Made by a program: the position numbers and the translations under genes
In this document: in pieces, positions 12,688-25,642 of the stretch
Numbering within the stretch: the stretch's first letter is position 1
Layout: the number at the start of each line of letters is the position of its first letter
Notes under the pieces: generated by a model
The model's database searches: none
What the model saw: only the letters and a program-made list of their open reading frames with translations
Told to the model about the DNA's origin: nothing
Origin: Pristiophorus japonicus
Taxonomy: Eukaryota
Assembly (NCBI RefSeq): GCF_044704955.1
Contig: NC_091980.1
Coordinates: 123,256,001-123,320,000, forward strand
Direction: 5' to 3'
DNA length: 64,000 nucleotides

Positions 12688-14717
12688 AACAATCTATCTG
12701 TTTGGCTTTGATGTGTTAATAAGTATTTTATCGGTGGACTGCAGTAACATTATCCAATGTGTGACAGTAACATTGTTAATTATTCTTGAAAAATAAATCA
12801 AATGTATCTAATGTAGAGAATTAGTGATGGGGATTCTTAGTAAGGTTGATGTAGCCAGGAAAATGTTTCTACCACAGACCTCTAGCATTGGCTAAATATG
12901 TCTAAAACTGTACAAAGTGTGCTCAAAAAGGACATATTAATCTCAGTTTGCTGCAGTTCATAGTCTGTAATTGTTACAGTCAGGGGCTACTTTGTTTTAT
13001 TTCTCAACTGTTGAGATAACAGTTTAAATGGATAATTTTTACAATATTTTGTGACTAATATACTTTCAGTATAAAGATGTTGAAATGATTTAAATAGCAA
13101 CTATGTGATTTGTGTGTCGTTAACACCATATTGTAGCCAATAAAGACATTTAAGCGCAAATTGATTGTGAATGAATTAAAAAAAATACCAAATAGTTTTG
13201 TTTTCAATGCTGACCCACGAAACAGCTTCCAACTCTAGCAACAGAAACCTTTTCTTTTAAATTGTGTCAATTTTGTGTAACTCATTTCAATGAAATATTT
13301 TACAGTAACTGACAACAAAAATCAATTTTTTTTGAAGTGGTACCTCCTTAAATGTCTGATGCTGATGAAACAGTAGTGAAGTTGCTCTCCCTGTTCTACA
13401 TGCACAATAACAATTTTACAATAGAGCCCAAACTTTCTCCTTTTAAAATAAAGGCGATATGCCTGTTTTTCTGTGTAATTAATACCCTAATGATATTTTG
13501 GAACACATAACTTTTCAAAAGGGAAATTGCTGAGAATGCAATTTTGTTAGCGGGTCATTAATTACATAGAAAAATAGGGGGAAAGAAGTGAATTTAAGGC
13601 CCATTGCCTTCATTGATATGTAATTGCTTGATTACCTACACCCTGTGCTTTTTACCATTTGGTCTACCTAGACTGCGTACTTCATCCACTCAAGACGTTT
13701 GGGTAGCTTGCCTCCAGGCTGCTATCTACCAGTGCGGCTCTGAAGCCGTCAATATAAGAGACATGACAGTGGTCCCAGGATAATTCACACACCACTTTCT
13801 TTTACTCCTTCCCAGTGGGCAGTGTGCAGCATATGTTTATTCTTCATTTGTACATGGCAGGAACTCTGTAATTAGTGCTGAGATTCTCAGAATTGTGGAC
13901 TCAGTTCTGTAAATCCTGTCTTCCTCATTTCATGCTAGCTACCAACATAAAATGGTGTTGGTGTAAAATTCCTTGGAAATGCTACTGCTTTTGAGGAAGG
14001 GCTAGTAGCAGTAACTTACACTGGTGGAATTTTGGGGCGAGGCAATTAGAAAATTAGCAATCTTCTGTTATTCAAATGAGTCCAAATTTACTTTTTGGGA
14101 GTAATAAAATGATACATTTGGGGAAGCTATTAAAATACATTATTCCTAATGAAATTCTATTTTTTTGAAATGAGATCAAATGTTCTTATTTTATATTCAT
14201 ATATAGAATGGTTACAGCACAGTAGGAGGCCATTTGGCCCATTGAGCCCGTGCTCAAGAGCACGTCAACTAGTCCCAATCCCCCACCCTTTTCCCGTAGC
14301 CCTGCAAAATACATGTATATATCAATATAAAATATCTAAAAATGTAGATGTCGCGAGATAGCTGGTCAGTTATATAGCTGAATATTGCAAATAAAATCAA
14401 GGCAATGAACTTTTCGTTTTACCAAGGCTGACTGCATGAATTGCCCCTCTCTCAAAGCAGTTGAACAGTGCTAACATTGCTGTCTGTTTGTTGTAAACGC
14501 TCTATTTAGTCTTGACAATGTTTCGTGCCGAAGTGCAAGCATTAAAATTGAGCAATTTTGGGTGTAGGAACAAACTCACAAATGCCATGACCACTGGGCT
14601 CGATCTGTGGCATGTGTGGTGTGAGGACTGGTTACAAAACAGATATTCTCGAGACACGAGGTGAAGTGTGACATTGAGTGATTGCTGTGAACTCAAAATA
14701 AGAATCATACATACATT

Positions 14718-15734
14718 GGGCCCAAGTTTCCACAGGATAAAAAACGGGCGCCCCTCCGAGCAGGGCGCCCGTTTTTCGCGCCTAAAACGGCGCCAGAAAA
14801 AAAACGCGCTATTCTCGAGCGCTTTGCAGCTCCTTGTCTGTTTGGCGTGGCGCCCAGGGGGGCAGAGCCTACACTCGCGCCGATTTTGTAAGTGGGAGGG
14901 GGCGGGTACTATTTAAATTAGTTTTTTTCCTGCCGGCAACGCTGCGCGTGCGCGTTGGAGCGTTCGCGCACGCGCAGTGTGAAGGAAACATTGGCACTCG
15001 GCCATTTTTGTAGTTCTTTGTAGCTGTTTAATTTTTGAACATTTTTTAATAAAAGCACATTGCCATCAGCACATCAGCACTGAGGCTATCCTTCTCACTG
15101 TCTCCTTCCCCTCCCCACCCTCCACGGCAACAAACCACTGTCTCCTTCCCCTCCCTTCCCTCCACGGCAACAAACGCCGGTTTCCTCCCCCTCCCTCCCC
15201 TCCGCGGCAACAAATGGCGATTTCCTTCCCCACCCACCACGGGAACGAACGATGGCTGAAGCACTTTCACACAGGTAGGAAGATGGTTTATTTAATCTTT
15301 TCTTTGCTTATAAATGTTTATTCAGGTTGAATTTATTTGTATAATATTTGTAGAAGTATAAATAAGGATTGATTGTAGAATTTAATGACTTCCCTTCCCC
15401 CCGCCCTCCCCCCCCACCTCGTTCTGGACGCCTAATTTGTAACCTGCGCCTGATTTTTTTATGTGTAGAACAGGTTTTTTCAGTTCTACAAAAATCTTCA
15501 CTTGCTCCATTCTAACTTAGTTTGGAGTACGTTTTCACTGTGGAAACTTTGAAATCAGGCGTCAGTGGCCGGACACGCCCCCTTTTGAAGAAAAAATTCT
15601 GTTCCAAAGTAGAACTGTTCTACCTGACTAGAACTGCAGAAAAAAAAATGTGGAGAATTGCAATTTCTAAGATAGTCCGTTCTCCACCAGTTGCTCCTAA
15701 AAATCAGGCGCAAATCATGTGGAAACTTGGGCCC
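14718..15734. mobile_element. Well-preserved non-autonomous PIF/Harbinger-like element (about 1 kb)
   Basis: TIR GGGCCCAAGTTTCCACA(G/T)GAT at both ends with the first 17 bp perfect; 3-bp TSD ATT/ATT; CpG-rich; internal short repeats CC(A/G)CGGCAACAAA. Confidence 0.88.
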
Positions 15735-16672
15735 ATTGTGTTAAATGTGGTTCAGTTGTCAAAACAGGGAGTTAAAATCTTGGGATTGTATGTGTTTTTA
15801 AAATGTGTTCCCATCAAATTTTTTAATGTTTTTTGTTCATTTCTATGTTGGACTACAGGACAGTAAATGGTAATCCTTTAAACAGCATTATTAATTGTTT
15901 CTTTAAATAGAAGCTCTACTGTGCATCAGCTATAATTCTCATCTTGTAGAAATATTAAAATGGAGCAAACTGTAAAATGTTAGATCTCATTCCTCAAATT
16001 ATATTTTTAATCCTTTAAATAGGAATATGCTGCAATGATAAAAGATTTATTTGTATGAATTGATTTTCTGTTACTAAATTAATATTGTGTTCAAACCATT
16101 CATAGTCACACTAAGTACCATTTGCTACCAAACATATTAAAATATAAAATCTATAGTCAAGGGTCTGACATTGTTGGCCTGGTTTTCCTTTGCTATTGTA
16201 TGAGTTTCAACAAGCCTATAAGCTATGACACGTTACATGTGATTTCCAAATATTTGTTACATTAATAGAACTGTACATACATGGAACTAGTTATAACACA
16301 AGAATCATATGGAAACAATCTTGAAATATTCCGATCCAAAAGTTAATTGAAGATTTCAACAAACACACTTTAACATAATTTTTAAAACATAAACACTTTG
16401 CGGCAAATTGAATCCTTGTAACTTATTTCTGAATATTAAGTTATAGCATTTTTGAGTTGAAAGATTTACTGACCTGATAGCATCTAGATAACGACTTACA
16501 CTAGTGCAATTTTCAATTATTTATTTTGATTATTTTAGTAGTTTCTCAACCTATTCAGAAATTTATGGAAATGTTTGTTTTTTTCCGAAAATACATTTAA
16601 AGATAATTGGTATTAATTAACTGACTTGCCAGTCTTGATCCTGCTTAGTATATGTAAAAAATATCAAATTAC

Positions 16673-16743
16673 CTTGCTGCTTTTCCAGCTCCAAGACTTT
16701 TAACGACAACGGGTCTCACAGTTCCTGTCTGCGCCTTGAACAT
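16673..16743 (-). other. Candidate coding portion of an alternative first exon: MFKAQTGTVRPVVVKSLGAGKAA(R/S)
   Basis: ATG at 16743, open to AAG|GTAATT donor at 16672; in-frame stop upstream; apparently unique DNA with a motif cluster upstream. Peptide not recognised. Confidence 0.3.
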
Positions 16744-17744
16744 AATGTCTGCGCCTCTTTCATTTTTCCTGCTTCATCTTCATCTGTGAAACTGACTCAG
16801 GATGATTGAGCAGTTTCTCCACCCCCATAGTCACCCATTACATATCATTTTCTAGCCGGTACATGAAATGACTGCACCTTGTGTTTTCATTTACTGAACA
16901 CCTACATTGAACATGATACGTGGCCAGTTCGTAAACATTTAGGTATATAAAGGAAAATTTGCTACTAATTTGCATAAGCGTGGATTCCATTCACACGTCT
17001 TGAGGCATTTTTAGCTGTGGGAAGTTCCCCTTATATCCCAGCTCGTTTAAAACTCATGACATGATACCAGACCAATGTCCCTTTGGTTGAACTGCTTATA
17101 TATTACAACAAGAGAAACATCTCATTCGTTTGCATGAGGCTTATTTTTATTACAAATTAGGAGTAAAGTTCTTTGAAAAGAAAACTAGAAAATGGAGTTA
17201 GAATTTCTTTTGAAAAGTGTTAGATCAGGCATAAATTCTGAGAAAACCCCAGCACTGCACCTAAAAAGGAAGTAATGGTCGATGACTTGATACTTCAGCT
17301 TCCTGTCTGTAAACTCCGTGGGTAGATTCGGGGAAATCCTGAAAACATTATCACTGGAACTGATTAGTTCAGGCACTTTTTAAACAAGAACTATAGTTTC
17401 AGTCGAAACCTTTTTCTTGTTCTGGAACATAGTAATGGAGTAAGGGTACCCTGATAATTAGCAGAAGTGCCCAGAGAGATTTAAAAAAAACATATTACCG
17501 TGCAGCACCACTATTTTGACACTCTGTACCGTTGAAATTTATTGGAACTTCTGAACAATAAAATGAGTTCAATGATCTGTTCAAAGCCTTAAGGGATTAT
17601 AATGACATTATTCAAATAGGAACAAGAAACTTTGAGAAAAAAGTCTAAGCAAAAGGTGAATTTGCATTGTATTTGCAAAATGATAGGTCGAACGACATTT
17701 AATTTGGCCCAATTTTTAAATGTATTGCTACGATAAATTTAATG

Positions 17745-18262
17745 TTCATAAAGAAAATGCTGGAAATATTCAGCATTTGTGAAGAGAAACAGAGTTAACG
17801 TTTCAGGTCGATGACCTTTCGTCAGAACTGGAAAAGGTTAGAGATGTAACATTTTTTAAGCAAGTACAGAGGGCAGGGAAAGGGGGGGGCGTGGGAGGGG
17901 AGAGGAAAAAAATCAAAATGGAAGGTCTGTAATAGGATGTAAGTCTGGATTGATTAAATGACAAAAGGGATGATGGGGTAAGGCAAAAGGAGGTGGTAAT
18001 GGAACAGGTAAAGAAACAAAAGATAGGTCGAGAGGAGGTGTAAATGGCAATAGCAGAACCATTATTACCAGCATCTGCTGTCCGAAAAAATGGGAGCAGA
18101 GTTTATGATCTGAAATTGTTGAACTCAATGTTGAATCCGGAAGGCTGTAAAGTGCCTAATCGAAAGCTGAGGTGCTGTTCTTCGAGCTGCCATTGAGCGT
18201 CATTGAAACAGTGTATGAGGCCGAGGTCAGAGAGGTCAGAGTGGGAATGGGACAGAAATTTA
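17745..18262 (-). mobile_element. Penelope-like element 3' end (GIY-YIG endonuclease C-terminus plus 3' UTR/pseudo-LTR)
   Basis: Minus-strand translation ...LGLIHCFNDAQWQLEEQHLSFRLGTLQPSGFNIEFNNFRS* (stop 18105-18103) resembles PLE GIY-YIG C-termini; followed by a pyrimidine-rich UTR and a hammerhead motif. Confidence 0.85.
17793..17829 (-). ncRNA. Minimal type I hammerhead ribozyme
   Basis: Minus strand AGTT-CTGACGA-A-AGGTC-ATC-GACCT-GAAAC-GTT-AACT: CUGANGA and GAAA cores, 5-bp stem II, stem I AGTT/AACT, palindromic AACGTT in place of stem III. Confidence 0.8.
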
Positions 18263-18356
18263 ATGGTTTGTTCACCAATCAATGGACTTAAAAGAAAATA
18301 TTCTTCATGGAGAAAAATTGTTTGGTCAACTTTTTAAAAAAAGCAATCATACAAGG

Positions 18357-21300
18357 TATTATGTATGTTACCTGCCACTGGAGAGCGCGACTGTCAGAGT
18401 CCTAATGGTCACTGGTAGACATGTGCAAGCCGGGTATATAATGTTGGCAGCCATGTTGAATCCTCACTTTGAGAATAAATAAACTGGAGTAAGGTCATGC
18501 CTGAACTAGCTCACTGGACTTAGCATCGTGGAGTTATTCGATACTTAACAATTGGCGATGTGTTAAAAATACAAACTTTCACGCAATCATGTCTGTTGGA
18601 ATTTTGGAGATAGATTCGTGGAAGGGGGAGACTGGGAGGATTTCACTAATCGCCTCGACCAGTACTTCGTAGCCAACGGATTAGAAGGAACCGATAACAC
18701 AATTAAGCGCAGGGCAGTTCTCCTCACCGTTTGTGGGTCAAAAATTTACGGCCTTATCAAGAATCTACTCTCACCGACTCAACCAACGGATAAGACTTGT
18801 GATGAATTGTGTACGCTGGTTCGGAACCACTTTAAACCGAAGGAAAGCATCATCATGGTGAGATATTGTTTCTATATGCACAATTGCTCTGAGAGTCAGG
18901 ATGTGGCGGAATTTGTTGTCAACCTGAGACATCTCGTTGGGCCATGCAACGTCGGAGCTATGTTGGATGAAATGCTGCGGGACTTTTTCGTAATTGGCAT
19001 TGGCCACGAGGTCATCCTTCGAAAGTTGCTGGCTGCTGAATCTCTAGACCTGAGCAGGGCCATCACGATCGCCCAGGCATTCATGTCCACGGACGAAAAC
19101 TCAAAACAGATATCTTCTTAGTATCGAAACTCACCGGCAAGTATTGTGCATACAATAACATCGTCGGCAGGCAGAGCTGCACATGGCAGGGCCTACTCAT
19201 CCGCATTCTTATGACCTGTAACTGCTCAACGTCCGCCATCGGGGGTGAATCAAATCTCGCCTTGTTGGCGTTACGGGGGCTATCATCGGGCCCATCAATG
19301 CTGATTCAAGCAATATGTGTGCAAAGGCTGTGCAACAATGGGGCACCTTCAGTAAATGTATCTGCAACTGAGCAAGCGTGCTGCGACACACCACGTGGAT
19401 GAGGATGATTGATCCAGTGTGGATCAGGTGGCACAGGCAACTCAACCTGAGATACAGGATGAAGAAGGGTATGGGGTACATTCTTTTACCAAAAGTCCTC
19501 CAATAATGCTGGAAGTTAAATTAAATGTGGTTCCAATATCCATGGAATTGGACACGAGTGCGAGTCAGTCAATAGTGAGCCAGAGGACTTTCGAAAAGCT
19601 GTGGGACACTAAGGCAAAATGACCCAAACTGAGCCCAATCAATGCAAAGCTGCGTACCTACACCAAAGAGCTCATACCAGTCATTGGCAGCGTGGCATTA
19701 AAGGTATCGTACAATGGAGCTGTGCATGATTTATCATTGTGGACCGTTCCAGGCAATGGCCCAATGCTGTTCGCCAGGAGTTGGTTTGAGAAAATTAAAT
19801 GGAACTGGAATGATAGTAAAGCTTTATCATCAGTGGATGAGCAAGTTTCCCTCGTTGTTCGAACCAGGCATCGGCAACTTCACGGGAGCCAAGGTGCAGA
19901 TCCACCTAGGCCTGGATGCAAGACCTGTCCATCACAAGGCTCGGGCGGTTCCATACATGATGAGAGAGAAGGTCGAGATTGAACTAGACAGACTTCAATG
20001 GGAAGGAATCATATCACCAGTCGAGTTCAGCGACCAGTCCAATTGTTCCGATGTTGAAAAATGATGGCACGGTCAGGATCTGCGGCGACTACAAGGTAAT
20101 AATCAACCAAGTCTCAATACAGGATCAGTACCCGTTACCCAAGGCTGACGACCTGTTTGCAATGCTAGCGGGGGGGGAAAGTCATTCACCAAATTGGATC
20201 TGACCTCCGCTTACATGACACAGGAGCTGGACGAATCTTTGGAAAAACTGACGTGCATCAACACGCACAAAGGACTGTTTATATACCACAGATGCCCTTT
20301 CGGAATTCGCTCGGTGGCAGCCATATTCAGAGAAACATGGAGAGTTTGCTGAAGTCCGTCCCAAGAACCGTAGTGTTCCAACATGACATCCTGATCACCG
20401 GTCGCGATACCACCAAACACCTGCACAACCTGGAAGAGGTTCTACGTCGTCTGGACAGAGTGGGACTCAGGCTAAAATACTCCAAGTGCATTTTCATGGT
20501 GCCAGAAGTCGAATTCCTGGAGAGAAAGATTGCAACAGATGGCATCAGGCCTATGGACTCGAAGACAGAAGCCATCACAAACGTACCCAGACCCCAGAGT
20601 GTGTCGGAGCTGCGTTCGTTCCTGGGTTTTCTCAACTATTTCGGTAACTTTCTACCGAGTTTGAGCACATTGCTAGAGTCCTTGCACAGGTTGCTGAGAA
20701 AGGGTAATGACTGGGTTTGTGGCAAATCTCAAGACAGAACCTTTGAGAAGGCCAGGAACCTGCTATGTTTCAATAAATTACTGGTGCACCATGACCCATG
20801 TAAGCGGTTAGTGTTGGCCTGCGAAGCCTCATCATATGGGGTCGATTGTGTGCTCCAGCAAGCCAAGGTATCAGGCAAACTCCAACCAGTTGCATATGCA
20901 TCCAGAAGTCTGTCTAAGGCTGAAAGAGCCAATAGTATGGTAGAGAAAGAGGCTTTAGCATGCGTATATGGGGTTAGTTAAATGCACCAATACCTGTTTG
21001 GGCTTCGGTTTGAGCTTGAAACTGACCACAAGCCACACATTTCATTGTTTTCTGAGAGCAAAAGTATAAACACCAATGCCTCATCCCACATCCAAAGATT
21101 GTCACTGACATTATCCGCTTATGATTATGTCATCCGCCACAGACCAGGCACTGAAAATTGTGCTGCTGCACTTAGCCGGCTACCATTGCCACAACCGGGG
21201 TGAAAATGCCGCAGCCCTCAGACTTGCTGCTGGTCATGGATGCCTTCGAGAGCGAGGGGTCACCTGTCACGGCTCGCCAAATTAGAACCTGGACCAGCCA

Positions 21301-22759
21301 GGATCCTGTACTGTCAAGGGTAAAAAGGTGTGTCCTAAATGGAAATTGGTCTGCATTCCCAGGGAAATGCAGGATGAAATTAAGCCTTATAGCCGCCGCA
21401 AAGATGAATTGTCTATTCAGTCTGATTGTCTGTTATGGGATAACCGTGTTGTTATGCCAAAAAAAGGCAGGGAAACTTTTGTCATGCTGAAAGCCATTGC
21501 CAGGTCTCACGTTTGTGGCATTGACTTGGTCTTGGAGTCATGCGTGCATCACTGCAACACTTGTATGCAACTGGAGGCTCCACTGAGTCTGTGGTCATGG
21601 CCATCCAAACCGTGGTCAAGGATCCACATAGACTTTGCCGGCCCTTTTCTCGGCAAAATGGTTTTCGTGGTAGTGGACGCTTATTCCAAATGGATTGACT
21701 GCGTAATCATGTCATCCAACACGTCCACAGCCACTATTGAAAGCCTCCGGGCTATGTTCGTCACCTATGGCCTGCCCGACATCCTTGTCAGCGACAACGG
21801 ACCGTGTTTCACCAGTTCGGAGTTCCACAAGTTTATGACCCGTGATGGCAACAAGCATGTCAGGTCTGCCCCTTTCAAACCCGCGTCTAATGGTCAAGCG
21901 GAGCGAGCCTAAAACGCATGCCTCATGGCTCCCTACAGACCCACTTGTCCCGCATTCTGCTCAGTTACTGGACGAGACCCCACTCGCTCACCGGGGTCCG
22001 TCCTGCTGAGCTGTTAATGAAGAGAGGCCTCAAAACCAGGCTCTCCCATCATCTGAATCTCAATGATTATGTCGAAACCAGAAGGCAACGACAGCAATGG
22101 TACCATGATCGCACGGTGGTATCACGTGACATCGCTGTTCATGACCCTGTGTTTGTCCTGAATTATGGTCATGGTCCAAAGTGGGTTGCTGGCACGGTTT
22201 TGACCAAGGAGGGGAACAGGGTGTTTGTCATCAAACTGTTAAATGGCCAAACGTGCAAGAGGCACATCGAACAAACCAAACTGCGATTCACAGATAACCC
22301 AGAACAAATTAAAGATGACATCATCATCGACCAACCAACACACATCCAACCATCAGTTGACCCTTGTGTCATTCACGAAGACGAACCTACCATCCCCGAC
22401 CGTCCTGTCAGACTGACTGCTCCGCAATGCAGCAATGGTCCTACTAACTCACCCAAGCTTGGGTTCGAACTGAGAAGATCAACCAGGGAGTGGAAGGCCC
22501 TGGACCGTCTCTACTTGTAAATTCAACCTGTACCAAGGACTTTGGGGGGAATGATGTTATGTATGTTAACTGGGTTTTACCTGCCACCGGAGGGCGCGAC
22601 TGGTGGAGTCCTAATTGTCACTGGCAGACTCGTGCAAGCTGGGTATATAATGTTGGCAGCCATGTTGAATCCTCACTTTGAGAATAAATAAACTGGAGTA
22701 AAGTCATGCCTGAATTAGCTCACCGTACTTAGCCTCGTGGAGTTATTCGATACTTAACA
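18357..22759 (+). mobile_element. Ty3/Gypsy LTR retrotransposon (Mag-like), family A, full length but decayed
   Basis: LTRs 18357-18550 and 22555-22759 (T(G/A)TTA...TAACA); TSD CAAGG/CAAGC; PBS-like TGGCGA after the 5' LTR; PPT GGGGGGAA before the 3' LTR; gag-PR-RT-RH-IN order. Confidence 0.95.
18589..22520 (+). pseudogene. gag-pol pseudogene of Gypsy family A
   Basis: ORF pieces: gag (DWEDFTNRLDQYF..MLRDFFVIG), protease (MELDTSASQS), RT (VVFQHDILITG), RNase H (LACEASSYG..EKEALA..TDHKP), integrase (HIDFAGP..SDNGPCF..SNGQAERA); several stops and frameshifts. Confidence 0.93.
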
Positions 22760-23577
22760 CAAGCTATGTGTCAAAATGTGCAAAAATACTCTTCTTCCTT
22801 GCCAAGCAATGAAAGATTTTCCAGATGCTTTTCCATGAAGAAAAATGATGGTCCTTTAGACAAAGCTTGTGCATGAGGACAGAATGAAGAACAGAAGGCA
22901 ACAACTGTGGTACACAGCTGTGAGCTTGCTGTATCTTCATACATCTGTCCAAATGAAAGCTGCTAGAGTCTCTGTCGCAGTTAAAATGACGCAAGTGTAA
23001 AATAAAATTGTCATTTCATGCTGAGTCCTTTTGGTTGGAAGTTTCCAGATTGCCCTAGAACTGTAAATTCAGAGGCACCCAGCACTCTGCAAACTTCTCT
23101 CACAAACAGCAATTAGCCTGTAGTTGACCTCAGGACCTGATCGTGGAATTCATCTTTCAAACAATTCTTATTAGACTTAACCGAAAATTCTGAAGGCTTG
23201 TGAGTAATGCACAGAAGGAAGTTAGAAATATAACACTGCAGAGAAAAATGGAAAAAAAATCTAAACTGTGAAGTATAAACAGAAAATGATGGAAATACAG
23301 ATCCATTTGATAAAGAAAAAGCAGGAAACGTGTTGGGCCTGCTCTGTAATACTTACAGCATATCCTGTGTTCAGTGTAAACACACAAATTATATTGGCTT
23401 TTTAATCAAGGTCTTTTTGTTATTTATTCTGACGAGTTTAGCCCACAGAAATGCTTTCTGAAAGTTAACAGCTCAGATTATGCACAGAATATTGAAGGTC
23501 CCTGTAATTTTCTCCAAGATATACTGGTAATATTGCAGTCAATGATGTCACATGAAAATACAATACCTTTTCATATC

Positions 23578-23945
23578 AAAGCGCTCTACTCGGAATTCCT
23601 ACACGGCAAGTGATCCCCAGGTGGTCAGAGGAAACGTTTCAAGGACACCTTCAAAGCCTCCTTAATAAAATGCAACATCCCCACCGACACCTGGGAGTCC
23701 CTGGCCCAAGACCACCCTAAGTGGAGGAAGAGCATCCGGGAGGACGCTGATCACCTCGAGTCTCATCGCCGAGAGCATGCAGAAAACAAGCGCAGGCAGC
23801 GGAAGGAGCATGCGGCAAACCAGACTCCCCACCCACCCTTTCCTTGAACCACTGTCTGTCCCACCTGTGACAGAGACTGTAATTTCCGTATTGGACTATT
23901 CAGTGACCTAAGACTCACTTTTAGAGGGACTGCCTATGATGATGA
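23578..23945 (+). mobile_element. RTE LINE 3' fragment
   Basis: Closely similar to 8450-8840; ends GGGACTGCCTATGATGATGA. Confidence 0.9.
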
Positions 23946-25642
23946 CTGGAGATGAGCTCTGAACCAGATAAGAAAAACAAATCCATTCCAAGTTAGCGCT
24001 AGGAAATAATTTAATATATTTAAAGTATTTTCAGACTGCAATTTATGTGATGATGCTGCTAATGCAGCTTCTAGGCCATTCTATTGGAGACATGGTAAAT
24101 GGAAAAGATGAAGGTTGATTTTTCATTTCTCTGCGCCTGGGAACTGCAGTGAAGCGGTAAATGGAGTGGAGACCTATGGTGCCCCAGGATTTCCTGGAAC
24201 TTTCCCGAGTGATGTCAATAGGCCGGTTCCGTGGCTAGATGCAGGCCCAGTGTCCCAATTTTAATGAGATGTAACAGCGGTGTTCCAGCCTCCTGCATCA
24301 CTTTCCTCTGCCTACGACCATTGGGAGGTCACAAGGAAGGAGCGTTTGGGAAAAACTGAATGCAAAAGACCTGTCCCACGATCCCTGTAGACCTGAAGGT
24401 CTGCCAATGTTTGGGGCCAGGCCCAAGACTTTGCAGGCTTGGAACTTTTTTTAAATCCCTGAGGTGCACTGAGTAAGATCTGGCTTGTGATCTTGTTCTC
24501 ACAAATCACGCCATGAGGCAAACAAAGAGAGTATCTGCAAACTGGCATAAGTTTGGGTCAAATTAGGGCATCCAAAGCCAGGGTAGCTAACACTCAAGCA
24601 CCTAATTAGCACACTGGTGGTGAATAGTTGTTTAGCCAGTGGCTTTGATGTGATATGTAAGCTGCATGAAATTAAAGTTTTATCTGTCTGTCCATTTGAG
24701 CTGGAAGGACCAATGGGATACAGTGGAATGAATGTGTGCAAGTGATGACTGTGAGGCCTAAGGAAGTTCATGTAAAGTAAAAATACACCCACTGACTCTG
24801 TACTTCTAGAAAATCTCTGAAGCCATGCTTTCAAACAAGTAAAAAAAAATGTTAAACCGTGTGTAGCCTGACTTACTAACTGTGCCAATTGACATCCATC
24901 CCTCCATTCTCTCCCAGCGTGTATGTACACACCAGTCAATTAACTGCTTACATTATTCACTGATTTGAATTTGAAAGACAATGAACTACATCCTATTGAA
25001 ACTAAGAGTTAAGAGCTGGATATACTGCACAAGTACAAGAAAGTTAAAAGAACAGAGTATGTCGTCTGACAGCAGAGTTTCTGAGATTCTCAAATGGAGG
25101 AGAATGCACAAACAGGATGAGTGATTACATCATTGTATCACTCTGAGTGTGCCACAGAGGTGTTTTAAAAGCAGTGGTAGTATCTTTGAAAAAAGAAACT
25201 GGAAGAAAATCAATTAGATTTTCTGCATTTAGTGTACTTGCATAGAAAAAAGAAAAGTAAAATGCTACTCAAGAAAGGGACAAAGTATGCGACTGTTTTT
25301 TGCCGTGATAGATGTAGGATTTCACTGATGATCAGCACACAGGTTTTATGGTGGAATTTTCAGAACAGGCTGCTTCTTCATGGGGTGCTTGGTGAGCACT
25401 GCAGGGCATGCACTACATGGCACTTTCATTGGGATGTTACCATGCACGAGCAATCCGATTTCATAACTCTAAGGTGGGCCTCATACAATTTGTGTCCTGG
25501 CCACTCAATTTTTGGCAGACAGAGGAAAACAAATGCCAAACATTTTTGTAAAGAAATTTATACTGCACTCAGGAGTTAATTATTGGTGCCATTTTCAGCA
25601 ACCATACAAAATGGAGGCCATGCTTGCCAGGTCTACACACAT

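Noticed and set aside
14740-15000. CpG-island promoter (similarly 27150-27850, 40280-40900, 57760-58510)
   Set aside because: All lie within TIR-bounded transposon derivatives, so CpG richness more likely reflects the element and its youth.
18357-22759. Domesticated or active Gypsy gene
   Set aside because: Multiple stops and frameshifts, mutated catalytic residues (FQHD in RT) and diverged LTRs indicate neutral decay.
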